Assembly (NCBI GenBank): GCA_965279035.1
Contig: OZ257142.1
Span: forward strand, 3,104,001-3,168,000
DNA length: 64,000 nt
Direction of reading: 5' to 3'
Source: Bacteroidia bacterium
Lineage (GTDB): Bacteria; Bacteroidota; Bacteroidia; M30B66
Below the pieces are notes generated by a model. It made no database searches, was not told where the DNA came from, and was given only the letters and a program-made list of their open reading frames with translations. Every line of letters starts with the position of its first letter. Position 1 is the stretch's first letter. Below, one piece after another: positions 29,423-38,844 of the stretch. Both the position numbers and the translations under genes were made by a program.

Positions 29423-30244
29423 ATGGAAACTTCATCAACAGAAACACAAGAAAACAAGAACACACCTACTTTCGAACCATCCAACAGAAATAAAACTGGA
29501 CGCATATTAGGAGGCTTGGTGATTATTGGTGTGGGTTCTTTACTCTTTGCAAGACAAGCAGGAGTTTACTTTCCCGAATGGCTCTTTACGTTCGAAACAT
29601 TCCTCATTGGTCTAGGATTTTACATTTGGGCGCGCAGTGCATTTCATAGTACGAGTGGTTTATTACTGATGGCATTTGGTGGATTTTTGCTCATCGACAA
29701 TGTCATCCCTGATCTGTATATCGGTCAATTTTTCTGGCCAATGATCATCATTATTGGTGGTATTTGGATGATGTTTACTCCAGGTAAGCACTCTTGGTCA
29801 AACCACCGAAGACACCGAGCCGAACGTTGGAAAAATCGTCGATACAGCCAGATGGCGGGTTATACTTCTGGATTTGAAAATAGCTCAGCCGATGCTACAA
29901 GTGAATCTTATCTCGATACAACTGCCATTTTTGGTGCAGTAAAAAAGAACTTTTTCACTAAAGATTTTAAAGGTGGACAAGTAGTCAATTTTATGGGTGG
30001 AACCGAGATCAATTTGAGTCAAGCAGAAATCCAACAACCCGTTACATTGGAGATTTCTCAGGTATTTGGAGGAACCAAATTGATTCTTCCTGCACATTGG
30101 CAGGTACGCTCAGAAATTGTAGCCGTTATGGGAGGTGTAGAAGATAAACGCGCAATACATCCGGGTGTTCAAGAAGATCCGAATCGGATTTTGATATTAC
30201 GAGGCACAACTGTATTTGGAGGAATCGACATTAAAAGTTATTAA
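29423..30244 (+). CDS. LiaF-like cell-wall-antibiotic response protein (TM plus DUF2154-type C-terminal domain)
   Basis: Four TM segments; AIFG/FMGG/VFGG repeats; GGIDIKSY end. Confidence 0.82.
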   Translation: METSSTETQENKNTPTFEPSNRNKTGRILGGLVIIGVGSLLFARQAGVYFPEWLFTFETFLIGLGFYIWARSAFHSTSGLLLMAFGGFLLIDNVIPDLYIGQFFWPMIIIIGGIWMMFTPGKHSWSNHRRHRAERWKNRRYSQMAGYTSGFENSSADATSESYLDTTAIFGAVKKNFFTKDFKGGQVVNFMGGTEINLSQAEIQQPVTLEISQVFGGTKLILPAHWQVRSEIVAVMGGVEDKRAIHPGVQEDPNRILILRGTTVFGGIDIKSY

Positions 30245-30246
30245 GC

Positions 30247-30615
30247 ATGAAAAGCTTTCTCGCTCGCTTGATTTTTCAAGTTCAATGGGAACCTCAACAA
30301 GCTCAACCTGTGTTTGAGGAACAATTACGTATGTTCATTGCAAAAGATAAATTGGATGCTTTCACTCAAGCCAATGCTATTGGTCACACCGAAGAAGGAA
30401 ATTTTCCTTTTTACCGCGGTGGTTCTGTAATTTGGGTGTTTGAAGGATTGACTTCACTTGATGAAATTGAACAAATTCACTCTGGACTTCTCCTCGACTC
30501 TTCCCAACGAAATTCGAATTCGTTTGAAGAAGAAAACAAACTCATTCAATCTCAAATCCGACGTTTTAATAGCCAACTTGAAGTTGAAATGATGTCGACT
30601 CAGCGAATCCTATAA
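30247..30615 (+). CDS. DUF4288-family protein
   Basis: FEEQLRM..A...AF..A..IG...V.W.F.G pattern. Confidence 0.65.
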   Translation: MKSFLARLIFQVQWEPQQAQPVFEEQLRMFIAKDKLDAFTQANAIGHTEEGNFPFYRGGSVIWVFEGLTSLDEIEQIHSGLLLDSSQRNSNSFEEENKLIQSQIRRFNSQLEVEMMSTQRIL

Positions 30616-30617
30616 AT

Positions 30618-31640
30618 ATGAAGAATTCGCCTGTTGTTTTTCCTGCGATTATTGGATGGGTTTTATGGACCAGTTTACACATGCTTTTCTTAGAGAAGCA
30701 AGACGTGGCTTTTCAACCCGCATTGAAGGATGCATTTCTGTTTGGAAGTATTCTTTTTTTGATCGCTGGTAGCAATAGCCGAATTCTTAAATACTACAAA
30801 CCTGATTGGAAAAAAGCCATTGGTTTTGTTGTATGGAATGCAGCCGTTTCGGCGGGTGTAATGTATGTGTACACCTGGAGTTCAGAACTGTTTTTAAAAT
30901 CTGGCGAACGAATTCTCGACAAACTACCCAATGCATCAGTTGTCTTGTTTACTTTAAGCTTTCTTTTTCTTTTGTGTACAGGACTAATTCATTGGTTATG
31001 GCTCACATTAAAAGAACGTGAAGAGGATACAAAACGCAAATTAGATCAAGAAGAACTGGCGCGAAATGCAGAACTCAATAGCCTACGTCAACAATTACAA
31101 CCACATTTTCTCTTCAACAGCCTCAACTCTATTCAGGCATTGATGGAACTTGATCCTGACAAAGCCCGCGAAATGCTGCGATTATTGTCGGATTTCTTGA
31201 GAGGAACAGTCAAAAAAGAACCAACGCAATTCCTTACATTCGAAGAAGAAATAAAACAAGTACGCTTGTATTTAGCCATTGAAAGCATTCGGTTTTCAGA
31301 TCGGCTAAACATCGATTGGCAATTAGATGAATCGACCTTTTCACATAAAGTTCCAGCACTTATTTTACAACCGATCATCGAAAATGCAGTGAAATTTGGC
31401 TTGTATGGAACAACTGGATCCATTCGAATTGGAATAAGTGCTCGCATGGTAAATGATTTATTGGAAATCACGACCAACAATCCGTATGATAACGACACTG
31501 GGAATTCACAAGGAACTGGGTTTGGTTTAAGTTCGGTAGCTAGAAGACTGTATTTGCTTTTTGCACGAAATGATTTGCTCATCACCCGTAAAGAAAATCA
31601 ACAATTTTACATCACCATTCGAATTCCTTCTAAAGCATGA
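30618..31640 (+). CDS. LytS/YehU-type sensor histidine kinase
   Basis: TM N-terminus; QLQPHFLFNSLN, LQPIIENAVKFG, GTGFGL. Confidence 0.93.
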   Translation: MKNSPVVFPAIIGWVLWTSLHMLFLEKQDVAFQPALKDAFLFGSILFLIAGSNSRILKYYKPDWKKAIGFVVWNAAVSAGVMYVYTWSSELFLKSGERILDKLPNASVVLFTLSFLFLLCTGLIHWLWLTLKEREEDTKRKLDQEELARNAELNSLRQQLQPHFLFNSLNSIQALMELDPDKAREMLRLLSDFLRGTVKKEPTQFLTFEEEIKQVRLYLAIESIRFSDRLNIDWQLDESTFSHKVPALILQPIIENAVKFGLYGTTGSIRIGISARMVNDLLEITTNNPYDNDTGNSQGTGFGLSSVARRLYLLFARNDLLITRKENQQFYITIRIPSKA

Positions 31641-32380
31641 TACGTGTCATTCTCATCGATGATGAACCACTTGCAAGGCAGTTGGTTAGAAAATATCTCC
31701 AAACACAAACTGATGTGGAAGTTGTTGCTGAATGTGGTGATGGTTTTGAGGCAGCAAAGGCCATTGCACAACACAAACCGGATTTGATTTTTCTGGATGT
31801 TCAAATGCCCAAAATTTCAGGTTTCGAATTACTTGAACTTTTAGATCCTGCACCTGCTGTTATTTTTACCACAGCCTTTGATGAATTTGCCTTGAAAGCT
31901 TTCGAAGCCAATGCGATTGATTATCTCTTAAAGCCATTTCCATCCGAACGTTTGATCAAGTCTCTAGATAAATTCCGCCTTTCTCGTGAAAACGGTTTGA
32001 GTACAAATCAAGCTGCTGAAGTACAAGAAAAAGTAAGTGAGGAAATATCGATGAGTGATCGCATTGTGGTAAAGTCGGGAGCTGATATTCGGATTCTTCC
32101 ACTGTCTGAAATTCGGTATTTAGAAGCTTACGATGATTATGTAAAGATTTACACACAAACAGGCATGTTTCTCAAAAAACAAACGCTCGGATATTTTGAA
32201 AGAAAGCTTCAAGCTTCTTCATTTTTAAGAATACATCGCTCGTATTTGCTCAACCTCAGCGAACTTACACGCATCGAGCCTGCCGAAAAAGATCAACATC
32301 AAGCCATCTTAAAAGATAAAACACGACTTCCCTTAAGCAGAAGCGGTTATGCTCGTTTAAAAGAAGTTCTCGGAATCTAA
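31637..32380 (+). CDS. LytTR-family response regulator
   Basis: DDEPLAR, FLDVQMP, DYLLKP, FLRIHRSY. Confidence 0.95.
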   Translation: MIRVILIDDEPLARQLVRKYLQTQTDVEVVAECGDGFEAAKAIAQHKPDLIFLDVQMPKISGFELLELLDPAPAVIFTTAFDEFALKAFEANAIDYLLKPFPSERLIKSLDKFRLSRENGLSTNQAAEVQEKVSEEISMSDRIVVKSGADIRILPLSEIRYLEAYDDYVKIYTQTGMFLKKQTLGYFERKLQASSFLRIHRSYLLNLSELTRIEPAEKDQHQAILKDKTRLPLSRSGYARLKEVLGI

Positions 32381-32382
32381 AT

Positions 32383-32883
32383 CTATTTTCCGGTTAGATG
32401 CATTTGCTCAATTTTCAACAATAAATCAATACAGGCGTTGTATTCTTTTTTTCCAAAATGAGCTGTGTATTCCTGTGTTAAATCTCCAATCGCTCTGCGC
32501 GATAAAACCACCGTTTCTAACCCAAAATCACTCAAGAAAATGAGCTGACTTCGAGCGTCATCTGGATTAGGCCGAATATCGATCAAATCGAGCTCTAGTA
32601 GCTCCTTCAGCGTTTTACTCATCGCTTGTTTTGAAACTAAAAGATCTTGAGCTAAAACACTTGAAGTTGTACCCTTCACTCCAATATGCATGAGAAAAGG
32701 CATAAAACCTACTTTCATTCCGGGATGCACATCCCGTGTTAATCGCTCCATCGCCCAACGGTCGAACAAGCGTTTAAGTGAAGATAATATACGAGCAAAA
32801 TTCCGGTCTTTCTGTAAAAGATATCCTGAAAGCTCCTTCTCAAAAGAATTTCTTTCTGCTGATGTTAAGGAATGTGATGACAT
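32383..32883 (-). CDS. MarR-family transcriptional regulator
   Basis: wHTH LAQDLLVSKQAMSK..L; PDDARS; divergent from efflux operon. Confidence 0.88.
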   Translation of the reverse strand: MSSHSLTSAERNSFEKELSGYLLQKDRNFARILSSLKRLFDRWAMERLTRDVHPGMKVGFMPFLMHIGVKGTTSSVLAQDLLVSKQAMSKTLKELLELDLIDIRPNPDDARSQLIFLSDFGLETVVLSRRAIGDLTQEYTAHFGKKEYNACIDLLLKIEQMHLTGK

Positions 32884-32890
32884 AATGCTG

Positions 32891-32950
32891 CAAATTTATC
32901 TTTTTTTTAATCAACTAGGTTGACCAATTAGTCAACTTAGTTTACATTTG
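32891..32950. promoter_or_regulatory. Divergent promoters with tandem MarR-type operator palindromes
   Basis: TCAACTAGGTTGA (32911-32923) and GTCAACTTAGTTTAC (32931-32945); -7 boxes TACATTTG (+, 32943) and TAAATTTG (-, 32891-32898). Confidence 0.7.
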
Positions 32951-32967
32951 CCCCCGAAATCTTGACT

Positions 32968-34005
32968 ATGGAAAACGCCCAACCCAAAAAAAGAAAACCA
33001 ATCGTTTTCATTCTTCCTATCATACTAATAGCTGGAATTTTTTTCGGTGTTAAAACTTGGATGCATAGCAATGCCTTCGAAAGTACCGATAATGCGCAAG
33101 TAGAAACCAATTCAACACCAGTGCTTTCGCGTATTTCGGGCTATGTTGATTCTTTGGGAATTGTCGATTACGATTCGGTAAAAGCGGGACAGTTATTAGT
33201 CAAACTCGATGATCGGGAATACCGCATTGCTGTGATGCAATCGAATGCCGATTTGTTGACAGCCGAAGCCGATGTTCAAGCATCAGCTGCTGGAGAAGCC
33301 AATGCACGTGCTTCGCTTGGTGTAGCAAAAGCGAACTTCGAAACTCAGGAAGTGCGCACTGCAAAAGCAAAAGCCGATTTACAACGCGATGAGCAATTGT
33401 TTCGCGATGGTGCTGCCACGAAAAAACAAGTAGATGATAGTCGTGCTGCTTCACAAACTGCCGATAAACAATCGTATGCAGCTAAAGAGCAAGTAAACCT
33501 TGCCAGTGTTCAAGTGAAAACCGCCGAAGCACAAACTCAAAAAGCATTAGCTGTAGTTGAAGCTCGAAAAGCTGCATTGGAACAAGCACAATTACGTTTG
33601 AGTTATTGTCGCATCACCGCTCCTGCAGCGGGTAGAATTGGAAAACGAAATCTTGGAAAAGGTCAATACGTTCAACCTGGGCAAAACCTATTCACCATTG
33701 TAAGCGGTGATGAATTTTGGATTGTAGCAAATTTCAAAGAAACTCAACTTGAACATCTTCATCAAGGACAAGTGGTTAGCATAAAACTAGATGGCTATAA
33801 AGACAAAGAAGTTAAAGGAAAAATTGCATCATTTTCGGATGCCACTGGTGCCAAGTTCGCTCTGCTCCCACCCGACAACGCAACCGGCAATTTTGTGAAA
33901 GTAACACAACGTATTCCGGTGAAGATTGAACTCGACAATCAAGCTGAATTAAAAGCATTTCTCCGCGCTGGATTAAGTGCTGAAGTGGAAGTTCAACTCG
34001 ACTGA
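32968..34005 (+). CDS. EmrA/HlyD-type efflux periplasmic adaptor
   Basis: ESTDNAQV, ANFKETQL, LLPPDNATGNFVKVTQRIPV. Confidence 0.93.
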   Translation: MENAQPKKRKPIVFILPIILIAGIFFGVKTWMHSNAFESTDNAQVETNSTPVLSRISGYVDSLGIVDYDSVKAGQLLVKLDDREYRIAVMQSNADLLTAEADVQASAAGEANARASLGVAKANFETQEVRTAKAKADLQRDEQLFRDGAATKKQVDDSRAASQTADKQSYAAKEQVNLASVQVKTAEAQTQKALAVVEARKAALEQAQLRLSYCRITAPAAGRIGKRNLGKGQYVQPGQNLFTIVSGDEFWIVANFKETQLEHLHQGQVVSIKLDGYKDKEVKGKIASFSDATGAKFALLPPDNATGNFVKVTQRIPVKIELDNQAELKAFLRAGLSAEVEVQLD

Positions 34006-34007
34006 AA

Positions 34008-35576
34008 ATGTCAGGTTTAGCGCGTTTTATCATCATACTAACAACCGTATCGGCGGCCATTATGGAGCTGATCGATACTTCCATTGTGAATGTGGCTCTT
34101 TCGCAAATAAGCGGAAATCTTGGAGCTACAATCGAAGATGCTTCTTGGGTCATTACAGCCTATGCAATTGCTAATGTGATCATCATTCCCATGACAGGCT
34201 TCTTGGCGCGTTACTTTGGTCGCAAAAACTACTATGTAGCTTCTATCATACTTTTCACCATCGCTTCTTTCATGTGCGGTAATTCGACCAGCCTGTGGGA
34301 GCTCGTTTTTTGGCGGTTTATTCAAGGCATTGGTGGCGGTGCATTGTTATCCACTTCTCAAGGTATTTTATTCGATGCCTTTCCTCCCAATCAACGTGGT
34401 GTCGCTTCTGGATTATTCGGTATGGGAATCGTGCTTGGCCCAACCATCGGTCCCACTCTCGGTGGTTTAATCGTCGACAACTACCACTGGTCATGGATTT
34501 TCGATATTAATATTCCATTTGGAATTTTAGCTACAAGCTTAGCCATTCGGTTTATCGACAAAAAACCCGAAGAGCTTAACATCAACCGATCAGCCATCAC
34601 CATAGATTATTTGGGTGTTCTCTTCTTAGCCATTGGAGTTGGTTCTTTGCAATATGTATTGGAAAAAGGTCAACCCGACGATTGGTTCAATGATTTCTGG
34701 ATACGAACATTTACGTTTAGCGCCATTACAGGCATTGGATTATTTATTTGGAGAGAACTCACGACAGCGCATCCGGTGATCGATCTCAAAGTATTGAAAA
34801 ACACCAACCTCATTGCGAGTAATGTACTCACATTTGTGTGCGGATTTGGCTTATTCGGATCGGTGTTCGTTTTTCCAGTGGTAGTTCAACGCATCATGGG
34901 ATATACACCCACAGAAGCCGGTTTAGCAATTGTTCCAGGAGCTTTGATGGGATTGGTGATGATGCCATTTATTGGGAAACGTCTTCAGGCTGGAACATCG
35001 CCCATTTACTTTGTAGTGATTGGTTTTATAGCCTTTTTCTTGCATGGATATTTATCATCTGTTGCCAATTTAGATGCTGGTAAAAATTGGTTTATCGTTC
35101 CTCAAATTTTCCGTGGAATTGGAACGGCTTGCTTAACTGTCCCTTTAATAAACCAAGCAGTAATTGGATTAGCTCCAAAGGAAATGTCTTCGGGAATTGC
35201 GCTCACCAATATGTTGCGACAATTGGGCGGAGCATTCGGAATCGCCGTAATGAATACCTACGTGTCGCGCCGATATGCGGTTCATCGTACAGATTTAGTC
35301 AGTAATCTCCAACCAAACGATCCTCAAACCATCGATCGCTTAAACTCTTATGCTCAAGGTGCTGTTGCACGTGGTTATAATGCGGTTGATGCGAAACAAA
35401 TGAGTTATGGAATATTGGAAGGCACAGTAAATCGACAAAGTTTTCTGCTTTCCTATATGGATGCCTTTCTCTTGATATCTATATTTTTTATATGTGCAGC
35501 TCCATTCATCTTAATGCTTCGCACTAAAAAACTTGACAAAGCTACTCAGGCGCGTGTTGCCGAAGAAGCTCATTGA
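34008..35576 (+). CDS. DHA2/EmrB-type MFS efflux permease
   Basis: IDTSIVNVAL, WVITAY, GPTIGPTLGG, RQLGGAFG. Confidence 0.93.
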   Translation: MSGLARFIIILTTVSAAIMELIDTSIVNVALSQISGNLGATIEDASWVITAYAIANVIIIPMTGFLARYFGRKNYYVASIILFTIASFMCGNSTSLWELVFWRFIQGIGGGALLSTSQGILFDAFPPNQRGVASGLFGMGIVLGPTIGPTLGGLIVDNYHWSWIFDINIPFGILATSLAIRFIDKKPEELNINRSAITIDYLGVLFLAIGVGSLQYVLEKGQPDDWFNDFWIRTFTFSAITGIGLFIWRELTTAHPVIDLKVLKNTNLIASNVLTFVCGFGLFGSVFVFPVVVQRIMGYTPTEAGLAIVPGALMGLVMMPFIGKRLQAGTSPIYFVVIGFIAFFLHGYLSSVANLDAGKNWFIVPQIFRGIGTACLTVPLINQAVIGLAPKEMSSGIALTNMLRQLGGAFGIAVMNTYVSRRYAVHRTDLVSNLQPNDPQTIDRLNSYAQGAVARGYNAVDAKQMSYGILEGTVNRQSFLLSYMDAFLLISIFFICAAPFILMLRTKKLDKATQARVAEEAH

Positions 35577-35586
35577 ATTTTCTCCT

Positions 35587-36882
35587 ATGAAAAATACCTT
35601 ACTAATCCTCGTTTTTATTTCAAGTAATATCCTCGCTCAGCCTATTGCTCCAACTCCTTTAAAAGACTTGGTGAATGCATCGTTTGGATATACGCCTCGC
35701 TTAGCAGAACTCGAAACTCAATCCGAATTGCAAGCTGCTCGAACCGATTATATGGCATCTTATCTTTTACCTACGGTGAATGCATTTGGGACGTATAATT
35801 ACATCAACCCAATTGGGCAAGTTCAATTTCCAAGCGGTCCTAATCAATCTTCAACTATCCGATTTCAGCCCAATAACAACCTAAATTTGGGATTGAGTGT
35901 CAATTATTTATTGTTTGATTTTGGTCGTGCTCGCGCAACAATCGACAAAAGCAAAGCAGAACTAACGACTTCAAAGTTGAATATCGAAATTGCTAAAAAC
36001 CAAATTGCTACTCAAGTTGCACAAGTGTATTTTTCATTAGCAAGTTTGAAATCTTCGTTGAGTATTGAAGATAGTTTGATCACAACCTTGGAAGAGAATT
36101 TACGTGTTACAGAAAAAAGAGTAAATAATGGTGATGCCTTGCAGCTTGATTTAATGAATCTACAATCGACTGTAGAGTTGGAAAAAAACCGACGCTTGGA
36201 ATTTCAAGCAGCCTTTGATAAACAGAGAATTCTCTTAGAATACATTACTGGAAAATCTCCATCAGAGTCAGATCTTCGTTTGGATTTTTCGGTAGATGAA
36301 AGACAAGAGATTACTGCATTGCATCAATTGGCAGAATCAACAAATCCCGATTTTGCTGTTGTGAAAAGCAGAACCGAAGCTGCACGTTTGGATGCGCGTC
36401 AAGCTGAACGTGCATTTTTACCGAATTTGAGCGTTACTGCGGGAACCGGATTTCGCAATGGATATCAGCCTGATATTTTCGAGATGCGTTATAATTATGC
36501 TCTTGGTTTTAGCTTAAACGCTCCTTTATATCAAGGTGGAAGATCTCGTATTCAAAAGAAAATTAATGCTTCAACTATGCATCTGAACGACTTGGCTTTG
36601 GACAATCTTCAGAAGTCGACCAAGCGCGATTTACTTCAAGCACAAAGCGATTTGCTTTCAGTAAAAACCCGTTTAGAAAACGCCCAAAATATGGTGAAGA
36701 ATGCGAAAGAAGCAGTTCGCGTTGGAGAAGTTCGTTATGCGAATGGAACAGCCACACATACTGATTTGATGAATGCCATCAGCAATTTACAACGTGTGAA
36801 TTTAAATGTGGTGAATTATACTTATCAACTCTGTCTAGCACGCTTGGAATTAGCAAGATTGACTGGACAACATTGGTGGTAA
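35587..36882 (+). CDS. TolC-family outer-membrane efflux protein
   Basis: Signal peptide; two OEP repeats (LPTVN..LFDFG; LPNLS..PLYQGG); RYANG. Confidence 0.9.
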   Translation: MKNTLLILVFISSNILAQPIAPTPLKDLVNASFGYTPRLAELETQSELQAARTDYMASYLLPTVNAFGTYNYINPIGQVQFPSGPNQSSTIRFQPNNNLNLGLSVNYLLFDFGRARATIDKSKAELTTSKLNIEIAKNQIATQVAQVYFSLASLKSSLSIEDSLITTLEENLRVTEKRVNNGDALQLDLMNLQSTVELEKNRRLEFQAAFDKQRILLEYITGKSPSESDLRLDFSVDERQEITALHQLAESTNPDFAVVKSRTEAARLDARQAERAFLPNLSVTAGTGFRNGYQPDIFEMRYNYALGFSLNAPLYQGGRSRIQKKINASTMHLNDLALDNLQKSTKRDLLQAQSDLLSVKTRLENAQNMVKNAKEAVRVGEVRYANGTATHTDLMNAISNLQRVNLNVVNYTYQLCLARLELARLTGQHWW

Positions 36883-36908
36883 AAAACAATCACGCAAAGC
36901 GTTAAAAT

Positions 36909-36943
36909 AAAAGCCGCAACAGATTGCTCCATTGCGGCTGTGT
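36909..36943. terminator. Hairpin between convergent genes
   Basis: AGCCGCAA...TTGCGGCT with A run (T tail on minus strand). Confidence 0.6.
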
Positions 36944-36958
36944 TGGGTGGATGACCCT

Positions 36959-38233
36959 TCAGATTTTAAATGCACGGTTGATTTCTTCCATGCTCGAATT
37001 ATTGTCTTTCAATGCAAATGGCAATTGCTCAGCAATTACAGAAAGTAGGTTGTAAATATCTTCAAACGTATGACCTGTAGTAAGTGGAACGCGTAGTCCA
37101 GTGTTTTTATACGGAACACTCGGAAACACACTGAGGTTGATATAAAAACCTTTGTTCATGATACGTGTGACCATATTATAACCAACACCCGGTTTGCCAA
37201 CTCCAATGAAGAAAATGGGTGAATTAGATTCTCCAATAAGTGGCAGTTTGAAACTTTTGCAGGTTTCTACAAAATAGTCAACACGTTTTTGAAGTTCTGC
37301 CTGATGATTTTTAATTTCTGGACTCAAATGCAATTTTGCAGAGGCAATGATAGCGCCCAACATTGGTGGTTGAATAGGTCCTGAAAAAATGAATGTTCCA
37401 CCACAATTCCGAACACGTTTCTTGATTTGTTCATTTGGAAAAACAAGCACACCACCACAAGCTGCAAAGCTTTTTGCTAATCCAGCAACTAAATACAAAC
37501 GTTCGTGAAACGGTTTCTGACTCAACACATAACCGGCTCCATTTTTACCTGCCCAACCTGTTCCATGAGCGTCATCTACATACAAATGAAATTGCTCATA
37601 CGTATCAAGGAGCGTGTATAATTCGTTCAGTGGAAGAAAATCTCCATACATCGAATACACACCATCGGCCATGTACCAGATTTTCTCGTATTTGCCTTTT
37701 AAGTCGTTGATGCGTTCTTCGAGAATATCCATTCGATTATGACGAATCAACTCCACATGAATTCCGCGTGCTTTAACTAATTGTGCTGCAGTTTGAACAC
37801 AGGAATGAACTTGAAGATCCAGAATCACACAATCTCGATCACCAACCAACACCGGAATATTCGAAAGATGTCCCAATGTAACTGTTGGAGCTAACAAAAT
37901 AGGACGTTCAAAAACTGCTTCTAACAAACGCTCTGCTTCGGTATATAAAGTAACAGAAGCATAGGCTCGTGAAGATGAAAACTGCGATCCATACCGAGTA
38001 ACAGCATCCACAACTCCTTGGATTATTGCCGGATGTTTCTCAAGCCCTAAATAACTACATGATCCGAAATTAACAACCTCTTTTCCATTCACATGGATAG
38101 TGCGACCATTAATTTCTTCATCTTCAATCTGCAATTGAGCAATTCCCAAATTAGACGAAATTCGAGTAACCTCATCGATTGTGTCAAGCACTTGCTCGTG
38201 CCTGGTCTTAGTTAATGTAGTCGTTTGGCTCAT
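36959..38233 (-). CDS. PLP-dependent alpha-oxoamine synthase family enzyme (BioF/KBL/SPT-like), substrate unknown
   Basis: NFGSCSYLGL, DGVYSMYG, DDAHG, GLAKSF (PLP lysine); likely start ATG 38233. Confidence 0.85.
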   Translation of the reverse strand: MSQTTTLTKTRHEQVLDTIDEVTRISSNLGIAQLQIEDEEINGRTIHVNGKEVVNFGSCSYLGLEKHPAIIQGVVDAVTRYGSQFSSSRAYASVTLYTEAERLLEAVFERPILLAPTVTLGHLSNIPVLVGDRDCVILDLQVHSCVQTAAQLVKARGIHVELIRHNRMDILEERINDLKGKYEKIWYMADGVYSMYGDFLPLNELYTLLDTYEQFHLYVDDAHGTGWAGKNGAGYVLSQKPFHERLYLVAGLAKSFAACGGVLVFPNEQIKKRVRNCGGTFIFSGPIQPPMLGAIIASAKLHLSPEIKNHQAELQKRVDYFVETCKSFKLPLIGESNSPIFFIGVGKPGVGYNMVTRIMNKGFYINLSVFPSVPYKNTGLRVPLTTGHTFEDIYNLLSVIAEQLPFALKDNNSSMEEINRAFKI

Positions 38234-38475
38234 GGTCAGGTTGTGTGTGCGTTTTTCAAATTTAATTAAGTGAATACCAAAAAAGTGGGAATTATGAAAG
38301 AAAGATATAGACAGGGTTATCAACAGGAATTGCCTCTATTTTCAACTATTTCCATGAATTTTTGAAAACACTCATATTGATCTCAAATTTTACAATTTCA
38401 ACTTCAGTGATTATTTTATTTTCAAACTAAACGCATGTTCTATCCAATCGGGACGGCTTTTTCTATCTTTGCTGC

Positions 38476-38814
38476 ATGGCACTTAAAAACGACGACGAAA
38501 ACGAAAAGCTCTTCTATACCATTGGTGAAGTTGCCGCGCGTTTCGACGTGAATGCATCGCTCATTCGGTTCTGGGAAAAAGAATTTGATAGCATCAAGCC
38601 GCAGAAAAACAAAAAGGGAAATCGACTTTTTACAAAAGAAGATCTCGATAATTTCCACCTCATTTTTCATTTAGTGAAAGAACGCGGCTATACGTTGCAA
38701 GGTGCCAAACAAAAAATGAAACAGAATAAAGGGGAATTAGAACAAAGTCACGAAGTCGTTAAAAATCTTCAGCGGATTCGGTCATTTCTCGTTGAAATGA
38801 AGAATAGCCTTTAA
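38476..38814 (+). CDS. MerR-family transcriptional regulator
   Basis: YTIGEVA..FDVNASLIRFWEKEF; GNRLF. Confidence 0.92.
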   Translation: MALKNDDENEKLFYTIGEVAARFDVNASLIRFWEKEFDSIKPQKNKKGNRLFTKEDLDNFHLIFHLVKERGYTLQGAKQKMKQNKGELEQSHEVVKNLQRIRSFLVEMKNSL

Positions 38815-38844
38815 ACAAGGTTTCATTAATTCTGTTTTGTAAGG

